A stretch of DNA of 64,000 bases from Felis catus (lineage: Eukaryota), in assembly GCF_018350175.1 (NCBI RefSeq), contig NC_058383.1, positions 22,508,001 through 22,572,000 of the forward strand. The letters are read 5' to 3'. A model generated the notes under the pieces. It was not told the origin of the DNA. It saw only the letters and a list, made by a program, of their open reading frames with translations, and ran no database searches. The position numbers were made by a program, and so were the translations under genes. Positions within the stretch are counted from its first letter, which is position 1; every line of letters starts with the position of its first letter. Below are positions 1 to 11,496 of this stretch, piece after piece.

Positions 1-584
1 GGTAACCTTGTGCTACCCCAGCCAGACGGACATCTCCCTTCCTTCCCGCATGACAAAAGTCTCCAACCTCCTGAGCGTGTGCTGGGTCAGGAGGCTTTCT
101 TGCTAATCTGCTCTTCCATCCACCAAAATAGGGAGTAGAGTCCTGGGGATCCCCTAGTACTGGATCCTCCAGGAACCCTTCGTAGGTCAGTAGCACTGAC
201 CATCAGCACAGAGCACGTGTGGGCAGGAATGGCTGGGAGACCTTCCTGGGAGGCCTTCCCAGGGGGACACAGAATCCAAAGCACCTCGAGATCATGACCT
301 GTGCCAGTCAGACGCTTAACCAACCAAGCCACCCAGGCACCCCTGGATGTTGGAGAACTTTTTATAGAGAGCTGTCACTAGGAGTCTGGCCAGAAGCTTT
401 AGTGTTTCTAAAGTTTGGTCCTTCAAACTCCATCAGAATCACGTACTAAAAATATAGATTTCCCTATGGACTCAGGACCTCTCAATGGGGCCTAAGGGTC
501 TAAACTTTTTAATCAGATATTTACCATCAGGAAAATTTGAGAAACTATACTGGCAAAAAGACCAGTTATAAAGAAAGATATCTT

Positions 585-1048
585 GGGGTGCCTGGGTGGC
601 TCAGTTGGTTAAGTGGCCAACTTCAGCTCAGGTCGTGATCTCATGGTTTGTGAGTTTGAGCCCCATGTCAGGCTCTATGCTGACAGCTCAGAGCCTGGAG
701 CCTGCTTTGGGTTCTGTGTCTCCCTCTCTCTCTACCCTTCCCCTGCTTGCACTTTGTCTCTCTCTTTCTCTCAAAAATAAATAAACATTAAAAAAAAGAG
801 AGAGAAAGATACCTTGGGGTGCATGGTGGCTCAGTCGGTTAAGTGAATGACTCGACTTTGGCTCAGGTCATGATCTCCAGTTCATGGGATTGAGCCCCAT
901 GTTAGGCTCTGCACTGACAGCACAAAGACTGCTTGGGATTCTCTCTCTCTCCTCTCTCTCTGACCCTCCCCTGCTTGTGCTCATTTGCTCGCTCTCTCTC
1001 TCTCTCTCTCTCTCAAAATAAGTAAATATACTTAAAAAAAAAAAGAAA
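585..1048 (+). mobile_element. Two tandem carnivore SINEs (585-797, 816-1048)
   Basis: GGGGTGCCTGGGTGGCTCAG tRNA-like head, (CT)n, AATAAA/A-rich tail. Confidence 0.9.
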
Positions 1049-1589
1049 TATACCTCTCCCCCTTCCATATCCCTTTTCCCTCTGCTCATCCCATTTTCCC
1101 TCTATTTCTCTATTTCTTTTAAGTTTAAAATAAAGTGTGCCCTGAGTGCCTACAACCACAGTGTGAATGTGTGTTATGGATGGTCTTGTACATCCTCAGT
1201 TGGGTTTCCCCAGAAATGCCCTGTAGATTGGAGGGCAAATTGTTTATCTGTGAGAGAATCCAGGAAGCAGTGGACAAAGAGTGGGGATGAGACCAGAGGA
1301 AAGGAGACAATACAGGGTTCTTTAACAAGCAGCCCCACGCTGTGGGTAACCGGGCTCAAACCTGCTAGAGGATTTCAAGAGTGAAAAGAACATGCCTCTA
1401 AACTGTCCTGCCTCACCGGTGGATAAACTGAGTATTTATCTGCCATTCTCTACCTGTCATTGGTTGAGAGCCACTCCTAGGGCCATTAACTCCCCAGCAC
1501 TTCAACTTGCCCTCACACAAGCTAAGTACATGCCTGTGCCAGACAAAGTCCATGAGCAGAGTATCATCTGTGCTTGTAGGAAGAAGCCA

Positions 1590-2149
1590 TTGGGCTTCCT
1601 CAAAAGATTAAAAAATAATGCTACCATAGGATCCACCAACCCCACTTTTGGGTATGTATCCAAAGGAAATGAAATCACTATCTCGAAGAGATAAGTGGAC
1701 TCCCATGTTCATTGCAGGATTATTAGCAACCCAAATGTCCGTTGACATAGATAAGTGGATAAAGAAAATGTAACATACGCACACAATGGAATATTATTTG
1801 GTCCCCAAAAAGAAAGACATTCTATCATTTGTGACCATGTGGATGAGCCTAGAGGGTATTACGCTCAGTGAAACAAGTGAGTCACAGAAAGAAATACCAT
1901 ACGATTCCTCTCATATGAGGCATCTCAGAGTCAAAAGCTTAGAAGTAGACAATAGAATGGTCGTCATCAAGGGGTGGGCAAGGAGCAGGAGACAAGCTGT
2001 TGTTCAACAGGTATAAAGTTACAGTTATCCAAGATGAGTAAAGTCCCAGAGATCTTCCGTACAGCACCGTGCCTATAGGTAACGATATGGTGTTATACAC
2101 TTCAAAATTTGTTAAGCTGGTAGATCTCATGTTAAGTGTTCTAACCACA

Positions 2150-2184
<35 letters not shown>

Positions 2185-2340
2185 ACAAGTGATACAAGGA
2201 AATTTTGCAGATGATGGATGTTTATTATCTTGATTGTGGTGATAGTAATTTGAGTGTATACCTATGTCCAAATTCATCAAATTGTATACATTAATTTTGT
2301 GCAGTTTTTTGTACACCAAGTACAATTCAATAAAGCTGAT
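1590..2340 (+). mobile_element. Old L1M (L1MA/MB-like) 3' fragment with internal (CA)n
   Basis: Typical L1 3' motifs (aatggaatattattt, ggatgagcctagagggtattacgctcagtgaaac) ending aataaagctg. Confidence 0.75.
2152..2183. repeat. (CA)n microsatellite
   Basis: Perfect CA run. Confidence 0.9.
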
Positions 2341-2676
2341 GTAAAAATAGAAGCCACTAACATGTTCCGTAATGGTGAAAGCCGAGCAGGTGGTGTGCTG
2401 ATAAATGTTTAACAGTGGGCTCTCCTCAGCAGAAAAGCACTGACCTGTTGCATTTGCCAATGTCCATGCTGTAAATATCCCCACTACAGCCAATTCAAGC
2501 TACCAATGTGATGTTACTGAAAGCAGAGTTGGAAGCCATACGCCTGGTTGACTCTCATGTGTTGATACAAGACAAGTCCAGCACAGCCCTGGAAAGAGAT
2601 ATGGGCAGGGCACCAATAGCATCTCCTATAGGTACAGCCAGAGTGCTTTGCTATAGCATAGAATCTCACAGGTGGC

Positions 2677-2877
2677 TTTTTTTTATTTTGTTTGTTTTTT
2701 TAGACAGAGAGAGAGAGAGAGCAGGAGAGAGGAGCATATAGGAAGAAAGAGAATCTTAAGTTGACTCCATGCTCAGCATGGAGCCCAGTGCAGGGCTCCA
2801 TCCCATGACCCTGGGATCATGACCTGAGTCAAAATCAGGACTGGTATGCTCAACCAACTGAGCCACCCAGGCACCCC
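2677..2877 (-). mobile_element. Carnivore SINE
   Basis: Ends ...gagccacccaggcacccc; TSD agaatctcaca. Confidence 0.85.
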
Positions 2878-3717
2878 AGAATCTCACAGTTTTATGTGAT
2901 TTTTGTACTCTATTCTGTGATATATCAGTATTGGAACTTGTCATGAAAAAATGGAATTCTTCTCCAAATCTGCATAATTTCACACCCCAGGAAGGTATGT
3001 GTTGTTCATTACATTTACACCATCTCTTCCCTCACCTGCCTGCCACCAACACACTGGCATGCACCCACGGAATCAGTGAAAACCCATTTAAAAAGTAGAC
3101 TTCAAGAATCCCTCCATTGGGTCAACCTAACAGTAATGGACATCTCTTGTTTTGCCTGACTGGCATCATCCCCCTTTCTTCTGATCATGACACTTCATTT
3201 TCCTTTAAGCAACTACTCCTTACCTCACCCTGAGTCTACAGGCTTTATTTTCTGGCTTTAGCAGTTAGCCCATGACACAGGCCAGGCCAATTCGAGCACT
3301 CCATTTCCCTGGCATTAGGGACAAGAATGCACGTAGGCCAATGACACTCCACTTAGAATTACTGAAAAAGGAAATCCCTTCCCACTGGATTACTAGGCTA
3401 GTAGGATGGGAGCCTGGAGCTGCTGGTGGCCATCCTCCCCCATGAGGAAAGAGGCCCCTGAGAATAAAGCCAACACGAAAGCTGATTGAAAAATTAATAA
3501 CTGAGTCCTGATAGCATGACAGAAGCCCTTTGACACTAACTGTGCCTGAAGACACCTCCAGACTTTTCCAGTATTCTGAAGATAACTTTCAAACGTTTTA
3601 ATTACGTGAGTCCATAAAATCCCTTTTTTACTTAACTCACGTTAAATTGGGTTTTCAGTGGCTTGCAACCACAAGATCACTGGCTGATTCACAAATCTGA
3701 CATCAAATGAGCTAGAC

Positions 3718-3797
3718 TTTATTCGGTACACACGCTTCCAGCTTGCCTTCCTTGCCCCCAAAGAGAGTTTAGCTTAGACACAAGAATACAGTTTATT
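3718..3797 (-). terminator. Candidate CHP2 poly(A) signals AATAAA (3792-3797 and 3718-3723)
   Basis: Two tttatt hexamers on the plus strand, 80 and 155 nt downstream of the CHP2 stop. Confidence 0.5.
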
Positions 3798-3877
3798 GGG
3801 GCCCTGCCTCTGCAGGGGCTGAAGACAAATCCCGGGCTGAACTGGTCTGTGTAAGGCAGCCAAAGGCACAAAGGGGG

Positions 3878-3931
3878 TCACTTCAGGATCCGTATGCTCA
3901 TTTTCTGTTCGATGTCCATCTTCTCCAAGGA
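3878..3931 (-). CDS. CHP2: CHP2 exon 7 (coding part, 54 nt)
   Basis: [20 protein letters not shown]. Confidence 0.95.
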   Translation of the reverse strand, partial: SLEKMDIEQKMSIRILK

Positions 3932-6469
3932 CTGTGGGGGGAGTGGGGGGGATGGGTGGTGGTCAAGAGCCCAGTCCTCTAGGCTTTCAACCTCCTCTCC
4001 CATCCCCAAAGCTACACCCTTCCTTGGCTACCCCTCTCCTTCTGCCCACCTCCTTCTAACTGCCTTTCTCATTTGCATCTGTCCCAGGGACTCCTGACAT
4101 CCACTCCCCAGGCCTGAGGGCATTGTGACCTTGGTGAACTCCAGGAAGGACACAGCCCCATCTCCATCTTCATCCGCTTCCTGCACCGTGCGATCAGCGA
4201 TGCTCTCCAACTGCTCTTCTGTCACCTGCACCCCAACCATCAGTCGGAGGACCTGGGAGGTGCGGAGGGCACGAGAGGAGTCAGCCCCATCCCTCAAACC
4301 TTGCCCGCATCATCCCAAATGTTACTACCAATTTTGTAATCTTCCCCTCATCCATTTCTTCACTCCCTACCATCTCCCCCCAGTAATTTCCCCTACTGCT
4401 TCTCCACTCAAACCCCGACCTGTCCCTCACTATCCCACACTCACCTCAATAGTATACCCAAACTCATCACCCAACCCCAAGCCTTAGAACCCAACCTCCT
4501 CCCATCCCCCACCACAACCTCCCACTATTCCCCGTTCTACCCACCCACCCCCCTCACAACATCTATTCCAGAGTTTCTGAATCTCAGCACTGTTGACATT
4601 TGGGGCCAGTTAACTCCTTGATGGGGGGGGAAATGGGGGCTATCCTGTGTATTGAAAGATGTTTAGCAGCATTTTTTACTTCTACCCACTAGATGGCAGT
4701 AGTGCTGCCCCGCCCCCAGGTGTGACAACCAAAAATATCTCTAGATATTGCCAAGGTCACTCAAAAGGCAAGATCGCCCCCATTCAAGAACCACTGATCT
4801 ATTGAGTCGTCTGGGTGGCTCAGTTGGGGTTAAGCCACGGACTCTTAGTCTGGGCTCAAGTCATGATCTCGTGGTTGGTGAGATCAAGCCCTGCCTTGAG
4901 CTCTGCTCTGACAGTGCGAAGCCTGCTTGGGACTCTCTCTTTTCTCTCTTTCTGCCCCTACTCCAATCACACTTGTGCATGCGGGCTCTCTCTCTCTCTC
5001 TCAAAATAAATAAATAAACTTTTAAAAAGAACCACTGATCCATTTCCAACCTCATACCCAACTATTCCCCATCCCATTTCCATAGACCTCACCCAATCCC
5101 TGTTTCTCACTCAATACCCCAGTCATCTGTGACCACCAAGGGCCAGTCATCTGCACCGCCCCCACCCCCACCCCCACAACCTTTCCCTTCGACCACCCAC
5201 GCTCCACACATCACATCTCTGGTCCTTGCGTCCTTCCAACCTGTAGCATCTCGTGCCGGGAGATCTTTCCGTCCCGGTCCAGGTCGTAGAGCTGAAATGC
5301 GACTGGAAGAGAATGGAGGAGGGAAAAGGTAGGTGGGTCTTCCCCTGGTTCTCTTCCAGCAGGTCACCCTAGAGGAGGAGGGGAGGTCCTCTATAGGCCC
5401 GCTAAGAGAGGGAGGTGCCTGGGGCCTCTCACCGGTGCGGTATACCTAGGGTCTCACTTGGGGAGAGGTGGGTCCCCACAAACTCACAGCGAAGTTTGTT
5501 CATTCTGCTGTTGAGGGGTTCAGGTTCCTTGGGGTCTCGAATTCCTGGGTCCTCATCATCGATGGGGCGAAAATGAGCCAGGACTCTGACAAAGCCTGGG
5601 AAATCCAGACGCAGATTCCTGGGGTGGGGGAGATGCAGTGGTCGCTTTGGCCCTCCCTCTGTCTCCGTTAGTGCCCCCCCCCCCAACACACACACCAAGT
5701 TTTTCCCTCCATCTCCCCACCCCCAGCGAGGCCTCACCCATCAGGGAAGAAGCTGTCTATAATGCGTTCTCCCAGGGGGTTCACGGCCAGAGCCCCAATC
5801 TGCTGCAGATCCATGCGGCTGTCGAGTCAAAGTCGGAGGGGTAGACGGAGGGTTAAAAAGAGGAAGGGGCTCAGAGAGGCAGACGTGGCGGGTCCCAAGG
5901 CCAGCGCCCCCTCACCTCAGGTAGCCCTTCTTGTTCCTGTCCAGTGCCCGAAACCGGTGGTAGAGGCGGAGCAGACTGGCCTGCGAGACTGCGGGACGGA
6001 AGGCGGAAGGGTGACGCGGCCGCGGGCGCTCGGGACCCGCCGCTGGACCCTCCCCGGGCGGCCCCGGGCCGTGGGCGGGGAACCGGGATTCGCCGGAGGG
6101 GACGCTCGCCGGGGTCCCGGGGCCGCGCGGCCGGGCTGCAGGGGGCGTGACGACGCCCGGAGCCGTGTCCCCGCGCTCCCGCCGGAGACCCGAGGAGCCG
6201 ACGCCAGCCGCCTCCCTCCTGTTCCCCTCTCCGCCCCCCCCCCCTCCCCACACACACACCCCTGCCGGGCTCGAGGACACCTGGCCGCCAAGCCCGGGGT
6301 CCGGACGCGCCCCAGACCTGGACCCCGGGAGCCCGCGCCTGCGATCCCGGGCGCCCTCCGGACCCCCCGCATCCCCGGGTCGGAGCCCCGCGCCCCGCTC
6401 ACAGCCGGTCTCCCTCCGGATGCTGTCCGCGTCGGGGATGCGCGCGGCGTGGGAGCCGAGGGAGCCCAT
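3878..6469 (-). CDS. CHP2: Calcineurin B homologous protein 2 (EF-hand Ca2+-binding NHE cofactor), 7 coding exons, 196 aa
   Basis: Exons (minus): 6469-6403, 5988-5916, 5818-5738, 5618-5488, 5302-5241, 4252-4130, 3931-3878. Sum 591 nt, all GT-AG. Translation [35 protein letters not shown]...[26 protein letters not shown]...[33 protein letters not shown] matches CHP2, with an N-terminal Gly and two canonical EF-hand loops. Confidence 0.97.
4130..4252 (-). CDS. CHP2: CHP2 exon 6 (123 nt)
   Basis: [14 protein letters not shown]...[23 protein letters not shown]. Confidence 0.94.
4568..4796. mobile_element. MER20-like hAT element in CHP2 intron 5
   Basis: cagcactgttgacatttggggcc...tacccactagatggcagtag...gtgacaaccaaaaatatctctaga...aagaaccactg. 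Confidence 0.75.
4803..5026 (+). mobile_element. Carnivore SINE in CHP2 intron 5
   Basis: 14-bp TSD AAGAACCACTGATC at 4786-4799 and 5027-5040. Confidence 0.9.
5241..5302 (-). CDS. CHP2: CHP2 exon 5 (62 nt)
   Basis: [20 protein letters not shown] (EF-hand), CAG/GTTGG. Confidence 0.95.
5488..5618 (-). CDS. CHP2: CHP2 exon 4 (131 nt)
   Basis: [18 protein letters not shown]...[17 protein letters not shown]. Confidence 0.95.
5738..5818 (-). CDS. CHP2: CHP2 exon 3 (81 nt)
   Basis: [35 protein letters not shown]. Confidence 0.95.
5916..5988 (-). CDS. CHP2: CHP2 exon 2 (73 nt)
   Basis: [32 protein letters not shown]. Confidence 0.95.
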
Positions 6470-6810
6470 GGCTGCGCCTGCTGAGCCGCCCGGCCCCGCG
6501 CGCTAGCCTCCCGCTCCCGGGCGCGGCCGCCCCCGTGGCCCCAGGGCCGAAGGGCGCAGGCCTGGCGCGGAGCCAGGCTCGGGAACCCCCGCGTGCCTCG
6601 CCTCCCACCCGCGACCCGGGCGAACAGAAAACAATGCCCGGGGTGGCGGGGTCAGAGGGGCGGCGCGAACAACGGGGCGTTTCATCCCGAGGTGGTGAGG
6701 TCGCCAGGGCCCCGCCTGCCCCACGCCCGCCAGGCCAGCTCTGCGTTCTCACGCCGCGGGACACGCGACGCGAGTCCCCCGGGCAGGGCCCCCACTCACA
6801 GCTCCCGGTG
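5950..6810. promoter_or_regulatory. CpG island over the CHP2 promoter, exon 1 and intron 1
   Basis: Very GC-rich with dense undepleted CpG and GC boxes; spans the CHP2 ATG. Confidence 0.85.
6403..6469 (-). CDS. CHP2: CHP2 exon 1 (coding part, 67 nt)
   Basis: ATG at 6469, [27 protein letters not shown] donor. Confidence 0.95.
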
Positions 6811-8593
6811 AGTAAGGCTGGGGGTTCCGACCTTATCATCCACAGACAGAATCCACGTTCTTCTGGGAAGGGGGCCGGGGGGTGGGGAGGGGAGCTGGAC
6901 CCATTTGTCCCAGTCCCAGCTAGGGGCCCCTTCCCTGGGCAGGAGGGCCGGGCAGAAGAGACGTTGAAGGACCCCCGAAGAAGAGTGGAGTGGGAAGGGT
7001 CGTGAGCGGATGAGGGGAGCTGGTTTGAGTGGGAAGATCACTGGATGTGGAAGGACTGGATGGGGGCCTCAGCTATGCGGTTAACCCTGGACAAGCCAGT
7101 GTGACTGCGTCGCACCTCTTCTGTTCTGTCGACACAGCGTAATTGTTGATGCTTAATGGAGTCACTGCTTAAAAATCAGGAGATTTAACCAGAAATCCAG
7201 TTCCCAGCTTCTGAGAAATCAGAAGTTTAAGAAGCCACTAGACCCCCTTACCTTGGCTGTACCTGGAGCACAGGTCCCATGTGTAATTGGGGCATCTCAG
7301 CCTGTCCACTGGGCACAGTCCCCACCTGGCTTGGTTCACGTCCTCATGTATCCCGTGGTGCCCCTGGTAGAAGTTCCAGGCTGGAAGGCCTTGGACCTCG
7401 GCCAGCCCTCAAACACCATGGGAATCCACAGTCCAGTGAGGAGGTTACAAACATCGCCGTGACCAAGCTTAATGTAATAATCATGGTAACAACAACAAAG
7501 GCTCTCTTTTTTCTAGTACTCACCATGAGCCAAGCACTTTGTGAAACACAGTGTACATGATAAGCTCACACTCCTAAAAGCACCTGCTAGACTGCCTGCT
7601 TCCCGCTTTTACACAATGGAGGCTGCCAGGGGGGTGGTTACGAACTGTTTGTAAATCATGTGTCCTCAGCAGGGCACATATCCCCCCAAAGGGGCAAAAA
7701 ATCCTATTCTTTTTATGTATAAAACACAAGTGTACATATAGTGCATAAATAGATATATAGTGTATCTGTGGTATTAAAATTTCATAGCATTAAAATTTCA
7801 CGATTAGGAAAAATAGTCTAAAAATGCTCCTTAAGTGAGGGCAGTAATGAACAAAAGGTTGAGAAACTGAGCTGTAAAAGAATGGGCCCCACAGGTGTCC
7901 AGGTTTAAATCTATCATTATCCCATCTTCCCCCATCATAATCACACATTTACACAAATTTCCAAGAGGAAAAAACATATAACCCATTTATTATAAGGGTT
8001 CAAGTTCATAGCCACCCTGGAGAGAGAGAAGCTGGAAAAATAGTGAATCTCTAGTCAAAGCCTCCGTGCAGAGGCTTGGATCAGCTCGGCCTTGAAAATA
8101 TTGATCTAAGAAGTGCTTACTTCTCTTTCAGATACCCCAAGGACTGAACAACTGGCATAAGGAAGGCCTGATTCCCTTCCAGATGTCCCCCAAGGACTGA
8201 AGCGTTCGGGAAACCACACTGCTCCCTAATGAAGCCCAGCAACCACTCCTCTCCACAGCTGTGAGTGAGGCTGTGCGTGCAGTTCGGGTTAGGTCCTGAA
8301 CCTAGGAGGGGCTGAGAGTCCCTGGGATCTGCAATAATCACCTCAGGCCAGTGTGGGATGTTGATCTTGGAAAGAGCTTCTCCAGCCTTAATCTCTGAGT
8401 CAGCACTCCCCTAAGGTAAGTTAGGCCAGAGAGTAATTAACAACTCCCATCCGCACACTATCATCACAAGCCTAGAGGAAAACACTATATGCTAGGACCC
8501 GTTCATGCTTCATGCACATGAGTAGAGTTTAAATCAACTTCACCGTATACCTGGCAACATCTTTTGAGGGGGAGCACTTAAAGGGGAGATGGT

Positions 8594-9370
8594 GGGGTGC
8601 CCGGCTGGCTCAGTTGGTGGAGCATGTGACTCTTGATCTTGGGGTTGTGAGTTTGAGCCCCACGTTGGGTATAGAGATTCCTTAAAAAATAAAATCTTAA
8701 AAAAATTAAATTAAAGGAGAGATGCTCTGGGGAGAATTTCATCTGCAGAATTGTAGGGCAAAAGCAGCCATAGACTTTACTTGAGCAAATAGACCTGTGT
8801 TCTTTAAAAAAAAAAAATTTTTTTTAATGTTTATTCATTTTTGAGAGAGAGACAGAGCATTAGCAGGGGAGGGGCAGAGAGTGAGAGAGGGAGGGAGACA
8901 CAGAATCTGAAGCAGGCTCCAGGCTCTGAGCTGTCAGCACAGGGTCTGATGTGAGGCTTGAACTCATGAACCTCAAGATCGTGACCTGCGCTGAAGTCAG
9001 ACACTTAACTGACTGAGCCAACCAGGCACCCTAGACCTGTCTGTGTTCTAATAAAACTTCACTTATGGACACTAAAATTTGAAACTCATATAATTTCCTT
9101 GGGGCACAAAGTATTATTCTTTTCTTTCCAGCCATCTAAAAATGTGAAAACCAGGCACCTGGGTGGCTCAGTCCCTTGGACATCCGACTCCAGTTCAGGG
9201 CATGATCTCGTGGTTTGTGAGTTTGAGCCCCACATCAGGCTCTCTGCTGTCAGCGCAGAGCCTGCTTTGGAGCCTCTGTCTCCCTCTCTCTCCCCTGCAC
9301 CTCCCCTGCTCATACTGTCTCTCTCAAAAATACATAAACATTAAAATTTTTTTAATAAAATAAAAAAAAA
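8594..9370. mobile_element. SINE cluster (8594-8713 +, 8817-9031 -, 9153-9370 +) within a MER58-like relic
   Basis: SINE heads and tails with TSDs (tagacctgt; aaaaatgtgaaaac). Confidence 0.85.
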
Positions 9371-9859
9371 CCAAAAATGTGAAAACTATTCTTAGCTTGT
9401 GGGCCATACAGAAACCGGCAGCTGTCTGGGTTTGACCCACGAGGCCATTGTTTGCTAATCCGCTCTAGATTATAATTCTGCATTCTCCACAGATCTGCTT
9501 CACTAAAAGACCAAGATGCTTTCTCTTCAGAGCTCTCCAGGAAAAGGAGAATTGGGCACAATGACTAGCATAAACAAGAACCCAGTGGGGCGTATTGTCT
9601 GGAGGATCTTGAAGCCAACGGATGGCAATGGGAAGAACCGGCTTTAACTCACCAGTACCAAGCCATCATTCTGGCAGACCCTTGGGACAAGTTTGTCCAT
9701 CTGGGGAGGGAATCTCAGAACTAAAGCCACACTGGTTTTCGGGCGAGAAGGCTGAAGAATCGAGTTTGGGAAGGGGTATGATGTAGTACAATTCTGGAGA
9801 GCTTGACATCAGGAGTCATTACAGGATGGTGTAAGAGTAATCTGGCTGAGACAGCAGTG

Positions 9860-10365
9860 TCTCTCTTGGGTATATAGAAATGAAAATCTATATTCACAGA
9901 AAACCAAAAGAGGGAAACAGCTGATGAGCGGATAAAACATGGTGTATCCACACAATGGTTTACAACTCAGCAATGAAAAGAAAGGAAGTATCAGTACATG
10001 CTATAACATGGATGAACGTTGGAAACAAGCTAAGTGAGAAAAGCTAAACGCAAAGGACCACATGCTGTATGATTCCATTTATATGTAACATTAAGAATAG
10101 GCAAATCCATAGAGAAAGTAGATTGGTGGTTCCATGGGGGGGGGGGCTGGGCTGTCCAAGGGGGAGAGGCTAGTGGGAGATGGGGAGTGACCAATAGAAG
10201 GTAGAGGACATCTTGTTGGGGTGGGTGATGAAAAGTTTTAAAACTGATGGCAGTGATGGTCTCACAACTCTGAATAAACTAAAAAACACTCAATAGTATA
10301 CTTCACATGGATAGATTATGTAGTATGTGAATTAATACCCCAGTAAAGTTGCTATTAAAAAAAAA
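9860..10365 (+). mobile_element. Old L1M 3' fragment
   Basis: acatgctataacatggatgaac...tatgattccatttatatg...aataggcaaatccatagag. Confidence 0.7.
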
Positions 10366-10371
10366 AGAATT

Positions 10372-10833
10372 GGAGCACCTGGGTGGCTTAGTTGACTAAG
10401 TGTCAGGTTCTAGACTTCAGCTCAGGTCATGGTCTCACTGTTTGTGAAATCAATCCCCTTGTCGGACTCTGTGTGCTGACAGTGAGGAACCTGCTCGGGA
10501 TTCTCCTTCTCCCTCTCTCTCTGCCCTTCCCTCGCTCTTACTGCTCTCTTGCTCTCTGTCTCAAAATAAATAAACTTAGGGGCGCCTGGGTGGCGCAGTC
10601 GGTTAAGCGTCCGACTTCAGCCAGATCACGATCTCGCGGTCCGTGTATTCGAGCCCCGCGTCAGGCTCTGGGCTGATGGCTCGGAGCCTGGAGCCTGTTT
10701 CCCATTCTGTGTCTCCCTCTCTCTCTGCCCCTCCCCGTTCATGCTCTGTCTCTCTCTGTCCCAAAAATAAATAAACGTTGAAAAAAAAAATTAAATAAAT
10801 AAATAAATAAATAAACTTAAAAAAAAAAAAAAA
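10372..10833 (+). mobile_element. Older SINE with a young SINEC_Fc-type copy (10579-10804) inserted in its tail
   Basis: TSD AAATAAATAAACTTA at 10564-10578 and 10805-10819; the inner copy retains most CpGs. Confidence 0.9.
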
Positions 10834-11284
10834 AGAATTTAAGAGAATGTCCTTCCCCTCAGCCTCTCAGACTGGGAAAGGATTCTGTCTCTCTGTCTCT
10901 CTGTCTCTCTCAATTTCACACACACGCTCACACACACACCCCTCCCTATCTGCCTTTTTGCATCTGTGAAGGGAGAGCCACACAGATTTCTCTTTGTGTC
11001 CTACTCAGATGGCCTTAACCTGTCCCCAGCTGCTTTGAGTACCAGCTCATAACTCATGATGCCCCCTTTCCTGAAAACTGCCCTTACTCAGAAAAAAGCA
11101 TGTCTCCTGAGAGGTTATACACACACACTCCAGAGGCCAAGTTCAGCCATTGGCACACAGCCCCACCACCCCTTTACCTCAAGGTGGAATTTGCTTTGTG
11201 CTGAATTTGTGCTCCAGAGCTGCTTTTTTTTTTTTTTTTGTAGGATCAGAAAGAAGCTGGCCTTCAGCTGAGACCACATTCTCC

Positions 11285-11496
11285 TTTTTTTTTTTTTTTT
11301 TAATGTTTATTTTTGAGAGAGAGAGACAGAACACGAGCAGGGGAGGGGCAGAGAGAGGGAGACACAGAATCCAAAGCAGGCTCCAGGCTCTGAGCTGTCA
11401 GCACAGAGCCCTACACAGGACTCGAACACACCGACCACAAGCTCATGACCTGAGTCAAAGTCGGACACTTAACCTACTGAGCTGCCCAGGCGCCCC
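11285..11496 (-). mobile_element. Carnivore SINE
   Basis: TSD cagctgagacca. Confidence 0.88.

Noticed and set aside
585..1048. tRNA-like A/B-box sequences and recurrent MAQLVK.../MAQSV... ORFs
   Set aside because: Heads of tRNA-derived carnivore SINEs, not tRNA genes or proteins
5762..7005. Several long overlapping ORFs (up to 240 aa) around CHP2 exon 1
   Set aside because: Stop-poor GC-rich CpG island; low-complexity Pro/Arg/Gly translations with no recognisable domain
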